From: an uncultured Acidobacteriota bacterium
Lineage (GTDB): Bacteria; Acidobacteriota; Terriglobia; Acidiferrales; UBA7541
NCBI GenBank assembly: GCA_963736465.1
Contig: CAVTOS010000001.1
Span: 84,472-148,471 of the forward strand
Length of the DNA stretch: 64,000 bases
Direction of reading: 5' to 3'
The position numbers were made by a program, and so were the translations under genes. Under the pieces are notes generated by a model, which ran no database searches, had not been told where the DNA came from, and saw nothing but the letters and a program-made list of their open reading frames with translations. Positions 63,417 to 64,000 of this stretch are shown in pieces. The first letter of the stretch is position 1. Every line of letters starts with the position of its first letter.

Positions 63417-63429
63417 TCCTGACGCGGAG

Positions 63430-64000
63430 TTACTCCTTCGTTTTCCGGTCGCGTAACAAATACCGCTGAATTTTTCCGGTGACCGTCTTAGGAAGCTCTG
63501 CGACGAAATGAAATTCACGCGGGCATTTGTAATGCACCAAGCGGGCGCGCACAGACTGTTGAATGCCGTTCGCAATATCTGGATGCGCTTGTAGCCCTGC
63601 TACCAGCACAATGTAAGCGATCGGCTTCACGAGTCCCGCCCCATCCGCAACGCCGACGACAGCTGCCTCGGCAACCCGCTCATCACCAAGCAGCGCATTT
63701 TCCACTTCGATCGGCGAAACCCACATCCCCGACACTTTCATCATGTCGTCGCTGCGCCCGCTGTAATGATAGTAGCCGTCCGAATCGCAAAAGAATTTGT
63801 CCCCCGTCGCCACCCAACCATCCGCCGCCTTCACTCCCTCCGTATACTCCGGCTTCTGCCAGTATTCGGCGAACGCACTCTCGCCCCTCACGAACAAATT
63901 TCCGACTTCGCCAGCTCCGCACGCGTGGCCACCATCGTCCGCGATTCGCACCTCATAATTAGGAACAGGCATCCCGCACGTGCCCGCTCGCGCGTCCCCC
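63430..64000 (-). CDS. Benzoate-CoA ligase-like AMP-dependent synthetase, C-terminal part (5' end outside the window)
   Basis: GDKFFCDSDGYYHYSGRSDDMMKVSGMWVSPIEVE and ELPKTVTGKIQR motifs. The frame stays open to the window edge. Confidence 0.8.
   Translation of the reverse strand, partial: GDARAGTCGMPVPNYEVRIADDGGHACGAGEVGNLFVRGESAFAEYWQKPEYTEGVKAADGWVATGDKFFCDSDGYYHYSGRSDDMMKVSGMWVSPIEVENALLGDERVAEAAVVGVADGAGLVKPIAYIVLVAGLQAHPDIANGIQQSVRARLVHYKCPREFHFVAELPKTVTGKIQRYLLRDRKTKE

Overview
High-GC (about 58-60%) bacterial chromosomal segment. The gene content (hopanoid cluster, ECF sigma/DUF4097 modules, many PilZ and DUF proteins) looks Acidobacteriota-like, but I cannot verify that without a search. 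There are three parts. (1) 1-8.3 kb holds housekeeping and envelope genes, including a radical-SAM/SPASM + DoxX + GT2 + DUF2064 + GT-C cluster. (2) 8.4-23.2 kb is a 14.9-kb phage-like element integrated at a tRNA-Lys(UUU) gene. It is bounded by perfect 38-bp direct repeats and carries an integrase, HTH/excisionase proteins, a CHC2 primase finger, a RecA-like ATPase, about 7 kb of translationally coupled ORFans, a TerS-like gene and a frameshifted, truncated TerL. A decayed second integrase follows immediately. (3) 23.9-64 kb is core chromosome. It includes a 14.5-kb co-directional minus-strand array that joins lipid A acyltransferases (lpxD, lpxL-like) to a complete hopanoid cluster (shc, hpnH, hpnA, hpnG, fused hpnC-hpnD, hpnE) with two zinc alcohol dehydrogenases embedded in it. 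Further genes are nrdR, an ECF sigma/anti-sigma/DUF4097 envelope module, aroA, an S55 peptidase + beta-propeller pair, three PilZ proteins, pentose-phosphate genes, and an MFS/TetR pair. I saw no rRNA, CRISPR array or IS transposase. The leads I rate highest are: the two dehydrogenases as candidates for the unassigned ribosylhopane-to-bacteriohopanetetrol reduction; the element's use of the 5' half of the tRNA as attachment site, with evidence of serial occupancy; an orphan NrdR-type zinc ribbon on the element; and the rSAM/GT cluster.
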